Of a stretch of DNA of 60,000 bases, positions 12,530-24,351 are shown one piece after another. The notes under the pieces are model-generated. The model worked only from the letters and a program-made list of their open reading frames with translations, was not told the origin of the DNA and did no database searches. The stretch is taken from NCBI RefSeq assembly GCF_018350175.1, contig NC_058369.1, positions 7,876,001-7,936,000 of the forward strand. Direction: 5' to 3'. Position 1 is the first letter of the stretch; every line of letters begins with the position of its first letter. Made by a program: the position numbers and the translations under genes. The DNA comes from Felis catus (lineage: Eukaryota).

Positions 12530-13941
12530 CTCTTTTTTTTTTTAGAGAGAGAGAGGGTACAAGTGAGTGAGGGGCAGAGAAGAGAGAGAGAATCCCATGA
12601 GGGGCAGAGAGAGAGAGAAGGAGGGAGAGAGAGAGAAGCAGGGCTCACCCGGGGCTCCTGTTTTTGCCCAAAGCGGGGCTCCTGCTTGCCCAATGTGGGA
12701 CTCAAACTCACTAACTGTGAAGTCATGACCTGAGCTGAATTCAAATGCTTAATGACTGAGCCACTCAGACACCCCATTTTTATTCTCTCGCATGTAAGAA
12801 AAGTCCAGAGGCACCTGGGTGGTTCAGTCGGTTAAGCGTCCATCTTTGGCTCAGGTCATGACCTCATAGTTCACGGGTTCGAGCCCCACGTCGGGCTCTC
12901 TGCTGCCAGCCAAGAGCCTGCTTCAGATCCTCTGTCCCCCTCGCTCTCTGCCCCTCCCCCACCCCTCTCAAAAATAAACATTTAAAAAAATTTTTTAATT
13001 AAAAAAAAAAGTCAAGAGAAAGAATTTAGCTCCCTTTGGCTCCATGAAATAGTCAGGCACCTAAGGAGATTTCAGTGTTTCTCTTCTATCATCCGAAGCA
13101 TGGGACCTTTGTCCCTAGAGATGCCTCTCGTGGTCACGGATGCTGTTGAAACTGTAGCCATTCTGGCCACATCCTAAGGAGGAAAGGTCTCTGCCAGCTG
13201 AAACAGCACTCCTACCCCCTATGCCCATCCCAACCCAGATCTTCCATCTACATGTGGTCACATTGCCACCCTCTCTTTGCAAAGGAGGCTGGGAAATGTA
13301 GTTTTCACCTATATTGGGGAAGTATTGCCTCCACCAAGAAAAATCAAGATTTTCTTCTTCTTCTTTTTTTTTTTTTTAATGTTTTTATTTATTTTTGAGA
13401 CAGAGACAGAGCATGAGCAGGGGAGGGGCAGAGAGAGAAGGAGACACAGAATCTGAAGCAGGCTCCAGGCTCCGAGCTGTCAGCACAGAGCCTGATGCTG
13501 GGCTCAAATTCACGGAGTGTGAGATCATGACCTGAGCTGAAGTTGGACACTCAACCGACTGAACCACCCAGGCGCCCTCAAGATTTTGTTCATAAGAAAG
13601 AGGGAAGATAGTATCAGCATTCCGTGGAATTATTTCTAGTTTTTCTTTGTTGCAAAAAATATCACTGTTAGTATCTGTGGTGTACCACAATGTTTTAAAA
13701 CGTTTTATTTCAATGTTTAAGTTTATTTATTTATTTTGAGAGAGAGGGAGAGAGAAAGAAAGAGAGAGAGAGCATGAGCAGGGGACTGGCAGAGAGAGAG
13801 GAAGAGAGAAAGAGAATCCCAAGCAGGCTCTGCACTGTCAGCACAGAGCCTGACGCAGGGCTTGAACTCACAATCCTTACGGTCGTGGCCTGAGCCAAAA
13901 CCAAGAGTTGGTCGCTTAAGCAACTGAGCCACCAGGCACCC
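12530..13941. mobile_element. Cluster of four CAN SINEs in the last PDE4A intron (about 12530-12775 -, 12808-13010 +, 13354-13577 -, 13720-13941 -)
   Basis: SINE heads and tails; TSD tcaagatttt around 13354-13577. Confidence 0.88.
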
Positions 13942-14187
13942 CGAACGGCTTTTTACAACTAATTCCTAACTGACAGATGTATGGAAGTTTCCAGTATTTG
14001 TTTCCATGTCATATGTGATTTTTTTTTTCTTCCCTGTGCAAGAGGTTTTTCGGGGTCGGATCTGGAGGAGCACGATTACTAGGTTAAATGCTATCAGCGC
14101 CTTTTAGACTTTACTAGATCCCACAGCATGGCCCTACCATCTGCAACAGCCGGCCACCTGTTGACGCCGGTGTCCCTTCTCTCCCAG

Positions 14188-14877
14188 GTGGGTTTCATCG
14201 ACTATATCGTGCACCCGCTGTGGGAGACGTGGGCTGACCTGGTCCACCCGGACGCCCAGGAGATCCTGGACACGTTAGAGGACAACAGAGACTGGTACTA
14301 CAGCGCCATTCGCCAGAGCCCATCACCGCCGCCTGAGGAGGAGCCCAGGGGGCCAGGCCACCCACCCCCACCTGATAAGTTCCAGTTTGAGCTGACGCTG
14401 GAAGAGGAAGATGAGGAGGAGGTGTCTACCGCCCCGGGTGCATTCACGGTGCAGGGATTGTCCGTGGCTCAGGATGCGTCCCCAGCTGAGGAACTCTTGG
14501 AGGTCGATGGCCAGGATATGCCCACGGAGGGGAAGGTACAGGAACCTTGCTGCACGCAGCAAGCAGACTCGGCCGGTAGTGTGGCTGCGGGCAAGGACGA
14601 GGCCACGTCCCCAGACGCATCCGTGGATGCCGTAGGCCGCAGCGGCCCCCTGGCCCTGTCTGCCGAGACCCCCCTTCCGCCCGCCTTGAGGACCCCGCCC
14701 CCTCCAGAGGACACCCCGGGCCTCCCGGGCCTCCCCTCCACGGCGGCCGAGGCGGGGGCCCAAAAAGAGCATCAGGCTGCCAAGAGGGCGTGCAGTGCCT
14801 GCACAGGAACGTCCGGCGAGGACCCCCCCCCACTCCCAGCTCCTGGGGGGTGGGGGTCAGCTGGAGGCCCTACCTGA
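14188..14877 (+). CDS. PDE4A: PDE4A last coding exon ([15 protein letters not shown]...GSAGGPT*)
   Basis: ctcccag| acceptor; open frame to TGA at 14875-14877. RQSP replaces the ERK site PQSP, as expected for PDE4A. Confidence 0.97.
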   Translation: MGFIDYIVHPLWETWADLVHPDAQEILDTLEDNRDWYYSAIRQSPSPPPEEEPRGPGHPPPPDKFQFELTLEEEDEEEVSTAPGAFTVQGLSVAQDASPAEELLEVDGQDMPTEGKVQEPCCTQQADSAGSVAAGKDEATSPDASVDAVGRSGPLALSAETPLPPALRTPPPPEDTPGLPGLPSTAAEAGAQKEHQAAKRACSACTGTSGEDPPPLPAPGGWGSAGGPT

Positions 14878-16339
14878 ACCCCGGCCCCGACACCCTCCTG
14901 CTCTCCCCGGCTCCCTTCACCACCATTACCCCACGACCGCCTCCTCCACTGCCTCAAAGACTCTTGGGCCTCCAGAGAAAAAAGAAAACAGAAAAGTGGG
15001 GTTTTTTCTCTTTTCTTTTTTTCCTCTTTCCCCCCACCCCCACCCACGGGGCCTCTTTTTGGAGGTGGGGGCTGGGGAACAAGGGGCGGAGGTCCCGGAA
15101 GGGATTTTATTTTTGGAATTTTAATTGTTACATTTTTAGAAAAAGAAAAAAAAAAAAAAAAACAGGATGAAACACAGCAACTGTAGATCTCCTGTTCCCG
15201 ACTACCCCTTGTGTCCCATCTCCTGCCACCTCCCCCTGCCCCCGGGCCCCAGGCTCAGTCTTCCGGCCTCCTAGGGCTCTTGGCCTGGGCCCAAGCAGGC
15301 ATAACGCCTCCCTTTGGGGCTTTTCTTCTGAATTTTGGAGGGTCTCCGGAACCCAACCAGGAATAGCCATTCCGGGCGGGGGACTCAGGGGGGGCTGCCA
15401 CCATGGGAGGCCCCAGCTCCAGCCCCTCTCTGGCGCACTGCCCCCCCCCCCCAGAAGTCTCCCGCCTCATTTTGCACAAACCTGGCAATACTAACCCGAG
15501 GGATAGGGACCTGGAGAGGGGAGCTGCGTGCTTTAAGATGCAGCAGAGGCGGGTATTGGAGGGACATTCACACCACCAACCTCCCCCCCCCCCCCCCGCC
15601 CCTCCACCTGCCACCCTCTTCGCCTTCCACTTTGGGTTCCGTTTGAATTTTCTCCATGGGGGGGGGGGATGGCTCCGAACCACACCCCTCCTTCCAGCTG
15701 CTTCTCCTCTTGTTTCTGCCTTAATGATTCCCATGGCCATAGGAGAGGGGTTCGCAGTGGCCCCCATCCTGGGCACCCCCCCCCCAGCATCCTCCTGACC
15801 CCCTTCACGACCCTTTGCCCTAGGAGGAAGCAATAACAATGTACACCCACATCCCCTTTCTGGGCAACCCTCTCCCACCCTGGCACCAAAGTCCTTTCTA
15901 CTCTGTCCCCATCTGGCCACGCCCCTCCCCCCCCGCCCCCCCCCCCCCCCCCCCGAGCTATTCCTGCAGCAATACGACAGACAGATGCAAGGCCATTTTT
16001 CTCCAAGCCATGGGGGACTGTTTGGAAGGAAAGACCCCCTCTTCCCCCCTCCTTTCTGCCCTTTGGCCCAGTTCTGCAGCTGGGCAAGGCAGGACCTCTC
16101 TCTCCTCCCCCCACCCCCCACTCTGAGCACACGGTACTGTAGCCCCCCCCCCCCCCCCCCCCCGGCTGCCCCAGCCTTCCATCTGTCTGTCCATCCCTGT
16201 GGGGAGTACCACCTGCTCCCACCCCCGTGATGCTGTACAGGGTTCATTTTTGTAGCGAAAGTAGTTTCTGTCCCAGCCAGTGACTGGAGTGGGACTTCTT
16301 TGGGTTTTCTTTCTTTTTTTTTTCTTCTTTCTCTCTCTC

Positions 16340-16370
<31 letters not shown>

Positions 16371-16805
16371 TACATACTGTAAGGTTGGTTTGTAAATTAT
16401 TCTACAGAGGCAAAAAGGGAAAATACACTTGCCCTTCCCCAGCTGACCCAGCCAGGGGAAGGAGGAGGGGTGGGGGTCTCCCAGAGAGAGAGTCCCCATT
16501 CCCACTGTATTATACAAACTGTACCATAGACCCCGCAAGGGTGGGTTCAGTGCTGCCGTTTGATGGGAAGTCGTGTCATCGTGGGGGGTGAGGGCTGAGC
16601 AGAGCCTGCCCCTTGCCCTGTCCCCGGGTGTGACTGGTGAGATGGAACCCCACCCCCAATCAGGGCTCCTCTCCCCAGCGGGGGGGGCGCAGGGCCCCCT
16701 CAGCCGCTCTTGTGTTGTCCCCTCTGACGATCAATCAGTCGGTCCGTTGATCGATAATCAATCCTTCGATCTCGTCTCCAATTAAACCGAGGATTTCACT
16801 GATCT
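14878..16805 (+). other. PDE4A: PDE4A 3'UTR with C-runs and U-runs; candidate poly(A) signal ATTAAA at 16781-16786
   Basis: Repeat-free sequence after the stop codon; ATTAAA followed by GT/T-rich sequence. The end point is inferred. Confidence 0.6.
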
Positions 16806-18219
16806 TCCTGGCTGATGTGACTTCCTTTCCCACCCTGGTTTTGGGAGGCGCGCCTCTCCTCACCGGCTGCCTGGGACGCGGATAAGGGGAGAGAGAGGCT
16901 CCGTCCCTGACCCTCCCCAAGCGCTTAGGACCTGGATGGGGGTCCAGCAAGTGTGACGGGAGGCAGCCCGCTGGCCTGGGCCAGGTGCTGGCTGGCTCAA
17001 GGACTTCAGGTTGTAAGGTGGAGGTTCAGACCAGTCTTTGGAGGCTAGGCGACCCAGGTAAACCCCACTTCTTGTACACAGCATATCTGACACAACTCTG
17101 GGTACTTCTGGAATCTCACAGTCATTCCTGGAAACCTCAGGGAGGGGGGGGCCTGATTGGTAGCGCGTCCATCCTCGGGCTGCCAGGCCATGATAAAAGG
17201 TCTCTGGTCAAATTCTGCCGTGCAGATGTTAAACGTGATAAACAGTCACAAGAGACTTTACTTACCCTGTAAGTTCTGTGAATTCCCAGCATCCTGGTCA
17301 TTTTGGAATTGCAACCTTCACCTCGCATTAAAACAAAATCCAAAACAAACCTGAATATCTTTTTTTTTTTTAAGATTTTATTTATATACAGATTTTATAT
17401 TTTTATGTAATCTCTACCTCCATAGTAGGGCTCGAACTCACCACCCTGGGATCAAGAGTCACATCTCTAAGACCAACTAAACCACCTAAATGCCCCTAAA
17501 GATTTTAAAGTAACCTCTACACACAGTGTGGGGCTTGAACTCACAACCCTGAGATCAAGAGCCACAGGTTCTACTGACTAAGCCAGGCAGGTGCCCCCAA
17601 ACCTGAATATCTTCAAGTCAGGGCTCTGTGTTGCTTGGAGCCTGTAAGCCTTATGGTCAGTATCAGGCAAGCCGAATCCTCCAAACTCACACAAGACTGG
17701 CCTGGGCTTTAAGCTACTTTGCTAAAGTGTTCATTCAAGGTTGGGGTGTGAGTGACTCAGATAGTTTAACCAATCCACATATTTGAATACTGTTAATTCC
17801 ACTCAAGGGATCCCATCTTCCAACCTTTATCAGGCTAATTAACAAACCCTTGATTTCACCAAGGTTTCTGACATTCATTATGCTAATGAGCAAAAAACTT
17901 CCCAAGTGGTTAAAGATATGGATAGCAGAAGTGTTTGCGATTCAAGCTTTTGGTTTAGAATACTGGCTGCCTCTGGGGTGTAATAAATTAAGATACACAT
18001 ACACACTCAGTGCTTAAGTGCTTAAACCACAGGGGGATCAGTAGCTGTATATATGCACAGCTTCCTTGGATCCAAGGAAAGGTTGACCTGCTTACTTTGT
18101 TATTCAGCTCTAGTTATGGGAGTAGTTTGGATCCCAGCCGTGGCTGGGTGACGTTGGGCATGATCTCTTTGACCTTCAGTTGTCTCATCTATAAAATGAT
18201 CACAAAAATCCCAGTCAGT

Positions 18220-18415
18220 CTAGAGCAGGGCTGTGAAACTTTCTACGATGATGGGAATGTTCTGTCTGCTGTCCAACACAGTAGCCACTAGCCACGTGTG
18301 GCTAGCAAGCCCTTGAAATGTGGCTAGTGCAACTGAGGAGGTGGGGTTTTAATTTTCCTTTACCTTAAGTAGCCACATGTGGCCAGTGTCTACCATATGA
18401 GACAGTACAGTTCTG
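18220..18415. mobile_element. MER3-like hAT DNA transposon relic
   Basis: gctgtccaacacagtagccactagccacgtgtggcta...aaatgtggctagtgcaactgagg; internal palindromic arms. Confidence 0.75.
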
Positions 18416-19294
18416 GAACTTAAGTGGGAGGGTGAATATATAGGATTTAGCGTGTAGAAAGGTTTGCCTGCTTCACTGCGGTTTAAAGATTTGCAGTGTG
18501 TAGATATCCTGGCCCAGAAGAGTGGGGGGCAGCCTGGGCTCAGAGAGGAAAAGCAAAGCTGGAAAACTAGGTAGAAGTTTCCGGGGAATCTGAACCTTGT
18601 GCAAGAAGCAGAGGAGACACAGACATTTTCCCAAGGGTGTTTCAAAGGGAGGCAGAGTCGGGGAAAGGGTGTCGGGCTGAGGGTCGGGAGGCGGGTCAGG
18701 AGGCGATAGCACTAATCCCAGGTGGCGGGGGAAGGCCGATGAGACTTCTTTGCTCTGGACCTCGGTTTCCCCAAGTGCAGGCATGATGTCCCAAAGGCCT
18801 CCTCCGTTGGGACACTGTCACAGTCTGAGGATGTGGGTCAAAGGGCAGAGGTGGGCATGTGACCATCAGCTGGGCTCTTTAAAATCCTCGTGGTGGGGAG
18901 TTCATCTTTCCTCAGGCAAAGGTGACCAAGGGCAGTGGGGCACAGCAGCAAGGCCTTGTCATCTGAATAGCACAAGGGAGACCTGGGGAAGGGGCGGCGT
19001 CAGTTAAAGTTGACATCAGCCACTTGCAAGCTACTTGGTCCGGCACAATGGCTCTGCCTCTTCCAGCCTTTAGAGGACTGCGCCCTGTGCTAAACTCATT
19101 AGGAGGGTTCTCTTATTGGCTCTCCGGCAGTCCTGGAGGTATACTATTACAGGCACCCTTTTACAGATGGGGAAACTGAGGCCTGGAAGTGATCTCACCC
19201 TGTCGAGGAAATAAGGCAGAGACCTCACTTCACCTATTGTCCGTTGTACAATGACAGCTGCCTGATAACGGCCTGATACTTTCATTATTATTGC

Positions 19295-20800
19295 TACTTT
19301 TTTTTTTTTTTTTTTTAAAGTCAGCTTTATCCCCAGTGTGGGGCTTGAACTCATGACCTGGAGATCGGGAGTCGTATACTCTACTGACGGAGCCAGCCAG
19401 GTGCCCCTATTATTGCTACTTTAGTTCACCTGCACAAAATCCTGAGCTGGATGATAGTTCTCCCTCTTTCACAGAATAACAGGAAGCTCAAGTTAAAACG
19501 CTTATTTTTATTTTTAAAATGTATTTTTTTTTTAAATGTTCATTTTTGTGAGAGAGAGAGAGAGTGTAAGCGGAGAGGGGCAGAGAGAGAGAGAGAGGGA
19601 GACAGTGGATCTAAAGCAGGCTCTGCGCTGATAGCACTGAGCCTGATGTGGGACTCAAACTGACAAACCGTGAGATCGTGACCAGGCCCTCAACCGACTG
19701 AGTCACCCAGGTGCCCCTAAACTTATTTATGTATTCATTTTATTCATTTATTTGTTTATTTATTTACTTACTTAGACATTTTAAATGTTTATTTATTTTG
19801 AGAGACAGCAAGAGCTCGTGCGGTCAAGAGCAGAAGGGCAGAGAGAGACAGAGAGAATCCCAAGCTGGCTCTGCTTGGAGCACCATCAGCGCAGAACCTG
19901 ACGCAGGGCTCGAACTCACAAACTAAGCAGAAATCAGAAGTCAGACGCTCAACTGACTGAGCCACTCAGGCGCCTCTAAACCTATTTAAGTAAGCGCCGC
20001 ACCCAATGTGGGGCTCAAACTCATGACCCGGAGATCAAGAGTCACATGCTCCACCGACTGAGACAGGTAGGTGCCCCTAAAATAGTTGTTTTTTTTAATC
20101 TACTTGGCAAAGAATGAAAAGATGGACCATCCTGGTGTGGACAAAGCACTTTCATAGCTCATTAGTGTTGGTGGGAGTTGGCACATACAGCTTTCCAAGA
20201 GTGGTCTGACAATATTTATTAAAAACATAACTGCATGCATTTTGACTCAGCCATTGCAATTTTTAAAATACTTATCCTAAAGAGACATTTGGACAAAACC
20301 CTACAGATGAAGGCATAAAATGCCCATTCTAGTATTGGTCAGAATAGTGAAGAACTATTATTAAAAATATCCAACATTAGAGGCACCTGGGTGGCTCAGT
20401 CGGTTGGGCGTCCGACTTCAGCTCAGGTCACGATCTCGCGGTCCGTGAGCTCGAGCCCCGCGTCGGGCTCTGGGCTGATGGCTCAGAGCCTGGAGCCTGC
20501 TTCCCATTCTGTGCCTCCCTCTCTCTCTGTCCCTCCCCCACTCATATTCTGTCTCTCTCTGTCTCAAAAATAAACGTTAAAAAAAAATTTAAAAAAATCC
20601 AACATTAGAACATCATTAAATTATGCTTCATCTGTACAGTAGAAGAATATGCAGCCATTAAAAACAATGAGGTGGGAGGGGCGCCTGGGCAGCTCAATCG
20701 GTTAAGCGTCGGACTTGGGCTCAGGCCAAGATCTCACGGTCCTTGAGTTTGAGCCTGGCGTCAGGCTCTGTGCTGACAGCTCAGAGCCTGGAGCCTGCTT

Positions 20801-20857
<57 letters not shown>

Positions 20858-20905
20858 CCTCTCCCACTTGCGCTCTCTCTCTCAAAAATAAAACATTAAA
20901 AAAAA
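19295..20905. mobile_element. Cluster of CAN SINEs, including a (TC)n expansion at about 20805-20855
   Basis: Multiple SINE heads and tails in both orientations. Confidence 0.85.
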
Positions 20906-21479
20906 TTTAAAAAACAATGAGGTGGGGAAAACCAATGAGGAGCGTTTAAGTTTATTGAAATGACAACATGTTTATAGTGAGAAGAGCCGATTTCAAAATG
21001 TTCTGCATTGTATCATCCTACTAAAAGAGGATCTACTAGAAAAGGCAATTCGTCCATCAAAATATTAATGATGTCTCCAGTGGTAGGATTAAGAGAGATC
21101 TGTATTTTCTGTTCTGTAGTCTTCGATATTTTCTGACTTTTAGCAGTGAGCAGGTATTAATTTTATAATCAAGGGGAAGCCTATTTTATAATCAGGGTAA
21201 GGAAATACCGGTATTTGTTATCTGGCAGGCACAAAAGCACGGTAGATAAGCACGCAGACTCTGAATTCAGCCTGCCTGGATTCTAGTTCCCACATCTCCA
21301 GTTAATGACTGGGTTAGTCAAGCAAGCAAGTAACTTCCTCGCTCTGTGCCTCCGTTTCCCCCTCGCTGTAAAATGCAGCTAATAACTGCTCGGATTACTA
21401 TGTGCCAGGCATTGCTTGTTTTACGTAAATTGTCGCACTGAATTCTCACAACAGCCCGATTATAAATGGGTCACAGGCT

Positions 21480-21760
21480 GGGAAGGAGGCGGGACTGGGA
21501 TCTCCCCGCCCCCAAGCGCCTCCCGGAGTGGAGCTGGGGAGAGACAGGGGGGAATTACAAAGGCACGCATGCGCAGGCCGGGTGGAAGGCGGGGCGAGGA
21601 CACGCGGGGGATTCCCCCCTGTGCTATTGGCTGTCGTGGTTGTCATTAGCCGAGAAGGCCGCCAATGAGGGGCGCGGCCGCTTCGCCTGGGGAACCAGAG
21701 GGCTGAGCGAGCGGAGGCTCTCTGGCGGCTGCAGGTGCGACGAACCCCGAGGAGGGTGAG
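21480..21760 (+). promoter_or_regulatory. Orphan CpG-rich promoter-like element with a candidate first exon ending at AGG|gtgagg (21755/21756)
   Basis: GC boxes 21504-21513 and 21588-21596; NRF1-type CGCATGCGCA 21566-21575; kB site GGGGATTCCCC 21607-21617; ATTGG 21626-21630; CCAAT 21662-21666. Confidence 0.65.
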
Positions 21761-21901
21761 GGGACCTGGCGTCACTCCCTGAAAGTGACCCCAGCGTCGT
21801 TTCCACCTAAGGGGACCCCAATATCATCCTCCTTTCCTGAGAGTACCCTGGCGTCATTTCCCCCTTCCCTAGGGGGCTCCTAGACTTCGACCCTTTTTCC
21901 T

Positions 21902-22140
21902 TTTTTTTTCTTTAATTTTTTGGTAACCTTTATTTTTGAGAGACAGAGAAAGAGCATGCGCGGGGGAGGGGCAGAGAGAAAGGGAGACACAGAATCCGAA
22001 GCAGGCTCCAGGCTCCTGCTGTCAGCACAGAGCCAGGTGCGGGGCTCGAACCCACGAATCGTGAGATCATGACCTGAACCGTCAGATCATGACCTGAGCC
22101 TAAGTCAGACGCTTAACTGACTGAGCCACCCAGGTGCCCC
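21902..22140 (-). mobile_element. CAN SINE inserted into a degenerate tandem array
   Basis: 13-bp TSD gaccctttttcct at 21889-21901 and 22141-22153. Confidence 0.93.
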
Positions 22141-24337
22141 GACCCTTTTTCCTGAGCGCGATCCGTAAGACGTGCCCTCTACCGGAGGAAGACGCCGGGG
22201 TCCTCCCTCCTCCTTCCTGAGGGGGGCGCCAGAGCCATTCCCACTTCGTCAGCCCTTCCTTAGGGGACGCAGGTAGGTGTCAGTCCCCTTCCCTTCGGCG
22301 GGGCCCCGGCATCGTCTTTCCCGAGGGATCTAGGCTCATCCCTTCTTCCTGAGGGGGTCCCCTCTCATGTCATTCCCTCCTCCCCAAGTGTCCCCAGTGT
22401 TCCTTGCCGAGAAGGGGCCTGGCGCTGCGCCCCCTTAGCTGAGGGCTTCCTGTCACCCACCCCCGTCCCCCGCAGCCGGAAGGAGCGTCGCCCCCCTTTG
22501 CAATTTGCGCAGACCCAAGGCTGGGGTGTCCCGCATGGTGCGGACCGCGAAGCCCCGCCCCCAGCCGGAGACAGGGGGAAGGCAAGACCCAGCGCCCCCT
22601 CAAAGTGTGTGCCTGTTGGGGGGTGGGTGGACACCAGCTGACACAGGAACATACCCTGTCACCTGAGAAATTGTGTAAGGAACTGGGGCTGTTTCTCCTA
22701 AAATGGGAGCCGCAGGAAGGATCGAAAAGTGCCCTGAAATATTTATCAGTATTGCCACATCAGTATTGCTGCCGTGGTCAGCAGGACCTTACGGAGTCAT
22801 TGGATATGCGTGGGACCGTCACCTGGAAGAGGGACTACTTAGGGTCCATGAAGTCCCAAGACATCTGATGGTAAGGTTAGAGGGGGGGTCAAAAGGGCTT
22901 CCCTGGGTGGAGCTGAAATCCCAAAAGGCGGAGCGCACCGAGCTGGCCAAATCCGCAGGCTGGAAGGCCTGGCCTTTCAGTCCCATTCAGCCCCGCGAAG
23001 ATTCCTGGTCCGTCCACTGGCGATCAAGAATTGTCTAGTCGATATTCCAACGTGTGTGCGCCGCCTATACGTGCCAGTGCATCGGTGGAGGAAGAATGGA
23101 AGCATTCTGAACAGAGGCCTTGGGGACTTCCGCAAGCGACTCTTGCCTCAGGGTTCATTAAGGAACAGTGTGTCTGTGTCCCGCCTCGGTGACTATACGC
23201 GGCAGGAGGGCAGAAACTGCTCCTAGTTGTCTCTACACAGTGCCTGGAACATGGTGGGCACGGAAGTGCTCGCTGTCCCTGCCCTAACCCCTCACTTGGT
23301 GAATCCTTAGAGGGACTGAGAGATGACCAGGGAGGGTGAAATGTGATAAGGGGAAGGCACGCAGTGCAGATGAAAGAGACGCCCCCCACCCCCCTACCCC
23401 CCCCCCCCCCACCCCGCCATGGCTGAGACTCAAACACCAGCTCCTTGGCTAACGTTCTTCGTCTTTCCTGACCGTGAAGCTACCAGCAAGTGAAGGCAAA
23501 GAGGCAGCCGAAGTCAGCCTGGGGCGGTTCGGTTTAAAATTTCCCGCTGAACGGGGCGCCTGGGTGGCTCAGTCGGTGAAGCGTCGGATTTCGGCTCAGG
23601 TCATGATCTCTTGCGGGTTCGTGAGTTGGAGCCCCGCATGGCCTGGAGCCTGTTTCGGATTCTGTGTCTCCCCCTCTCTCTGCCCCTGCCCTGCTCATAC
23701 TCTGTCTGTCTCTCTCAAAACTAAACAGTAAAAAATTTAAAATTTCCCACCAAAGTTGTCTGAATCAGCCGATTGACTCTCTGGGAGGATCCTGGAATAT
23801 GTAGTCTGAAAAATGTTCCTGAGTGCCCTGTTTAAAACGTGGCCTGATAAAAGCAAAGTCATGACCTTAAGGTCTGGATGAGGTGCTGGGGCTCACAGGA
23901 GGGAGAGTTCTTTATATAGGGGGAGCTTTGGATGCCTTTGCAAATTGTGTTCCGTTTATTATAAATATAATTTGCCCAGGAGTTTTGAAGAATGCTAATT
24001 AAAAAAAAAAAATAGGGGCCACCTGGGTGGCTCAGTCGGTTAAGCGTCCGACTCTGGCTCAGGTCATGATCTCACGGTGGGTTTGAGCCCCGGGTCTGGC
24101 TCTGTGCTGACAGCTCAGAGCCTGGAGCCTGCTTCGGATTCTGTCTCCTTCTCTCTGCCGTCCCCCCTGCGGCCCACCCCCCTCTCCCTCAAATATAAAT
24201 AAATATTAAAAAATAAGAGTAATAAAAATAAAGATAAAAAACAGGAACAAGCCTAAATCAGGTAATTCTACACCCTGGGCTCCGCGAATCTTTTCTAGCT
24301 CTCCTTCTCTGGAAATAGTTCCTTTTTTGTCTGAAGC

Positions 24338-24351
24338 CCACAAGAGGGCGC
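24338..24351 (+). promoter_or_regulatory. CTCF core motif CCACAAGAGGGCGC
   Basis: Matches CCASYAGRKGGCRS with one mismatch. Confidence 0.55.

Noticed and set aside
15255..16538. 427-aa - strand ORF antisense to the PDE4A 3'UTR
   Set aside because: Low-complexity translation of homopolymers and microsatellites (poly-G, poly-K, ER repeats); no domain; non-ATG start.
17255..17352. Consensus - strand donor AGG|gtaagt at about 17265
   Set aside because: No convincing acceptor or polypyrimidine tract, and no coherent ORF linking it to the 29.3 kb candidate exon.
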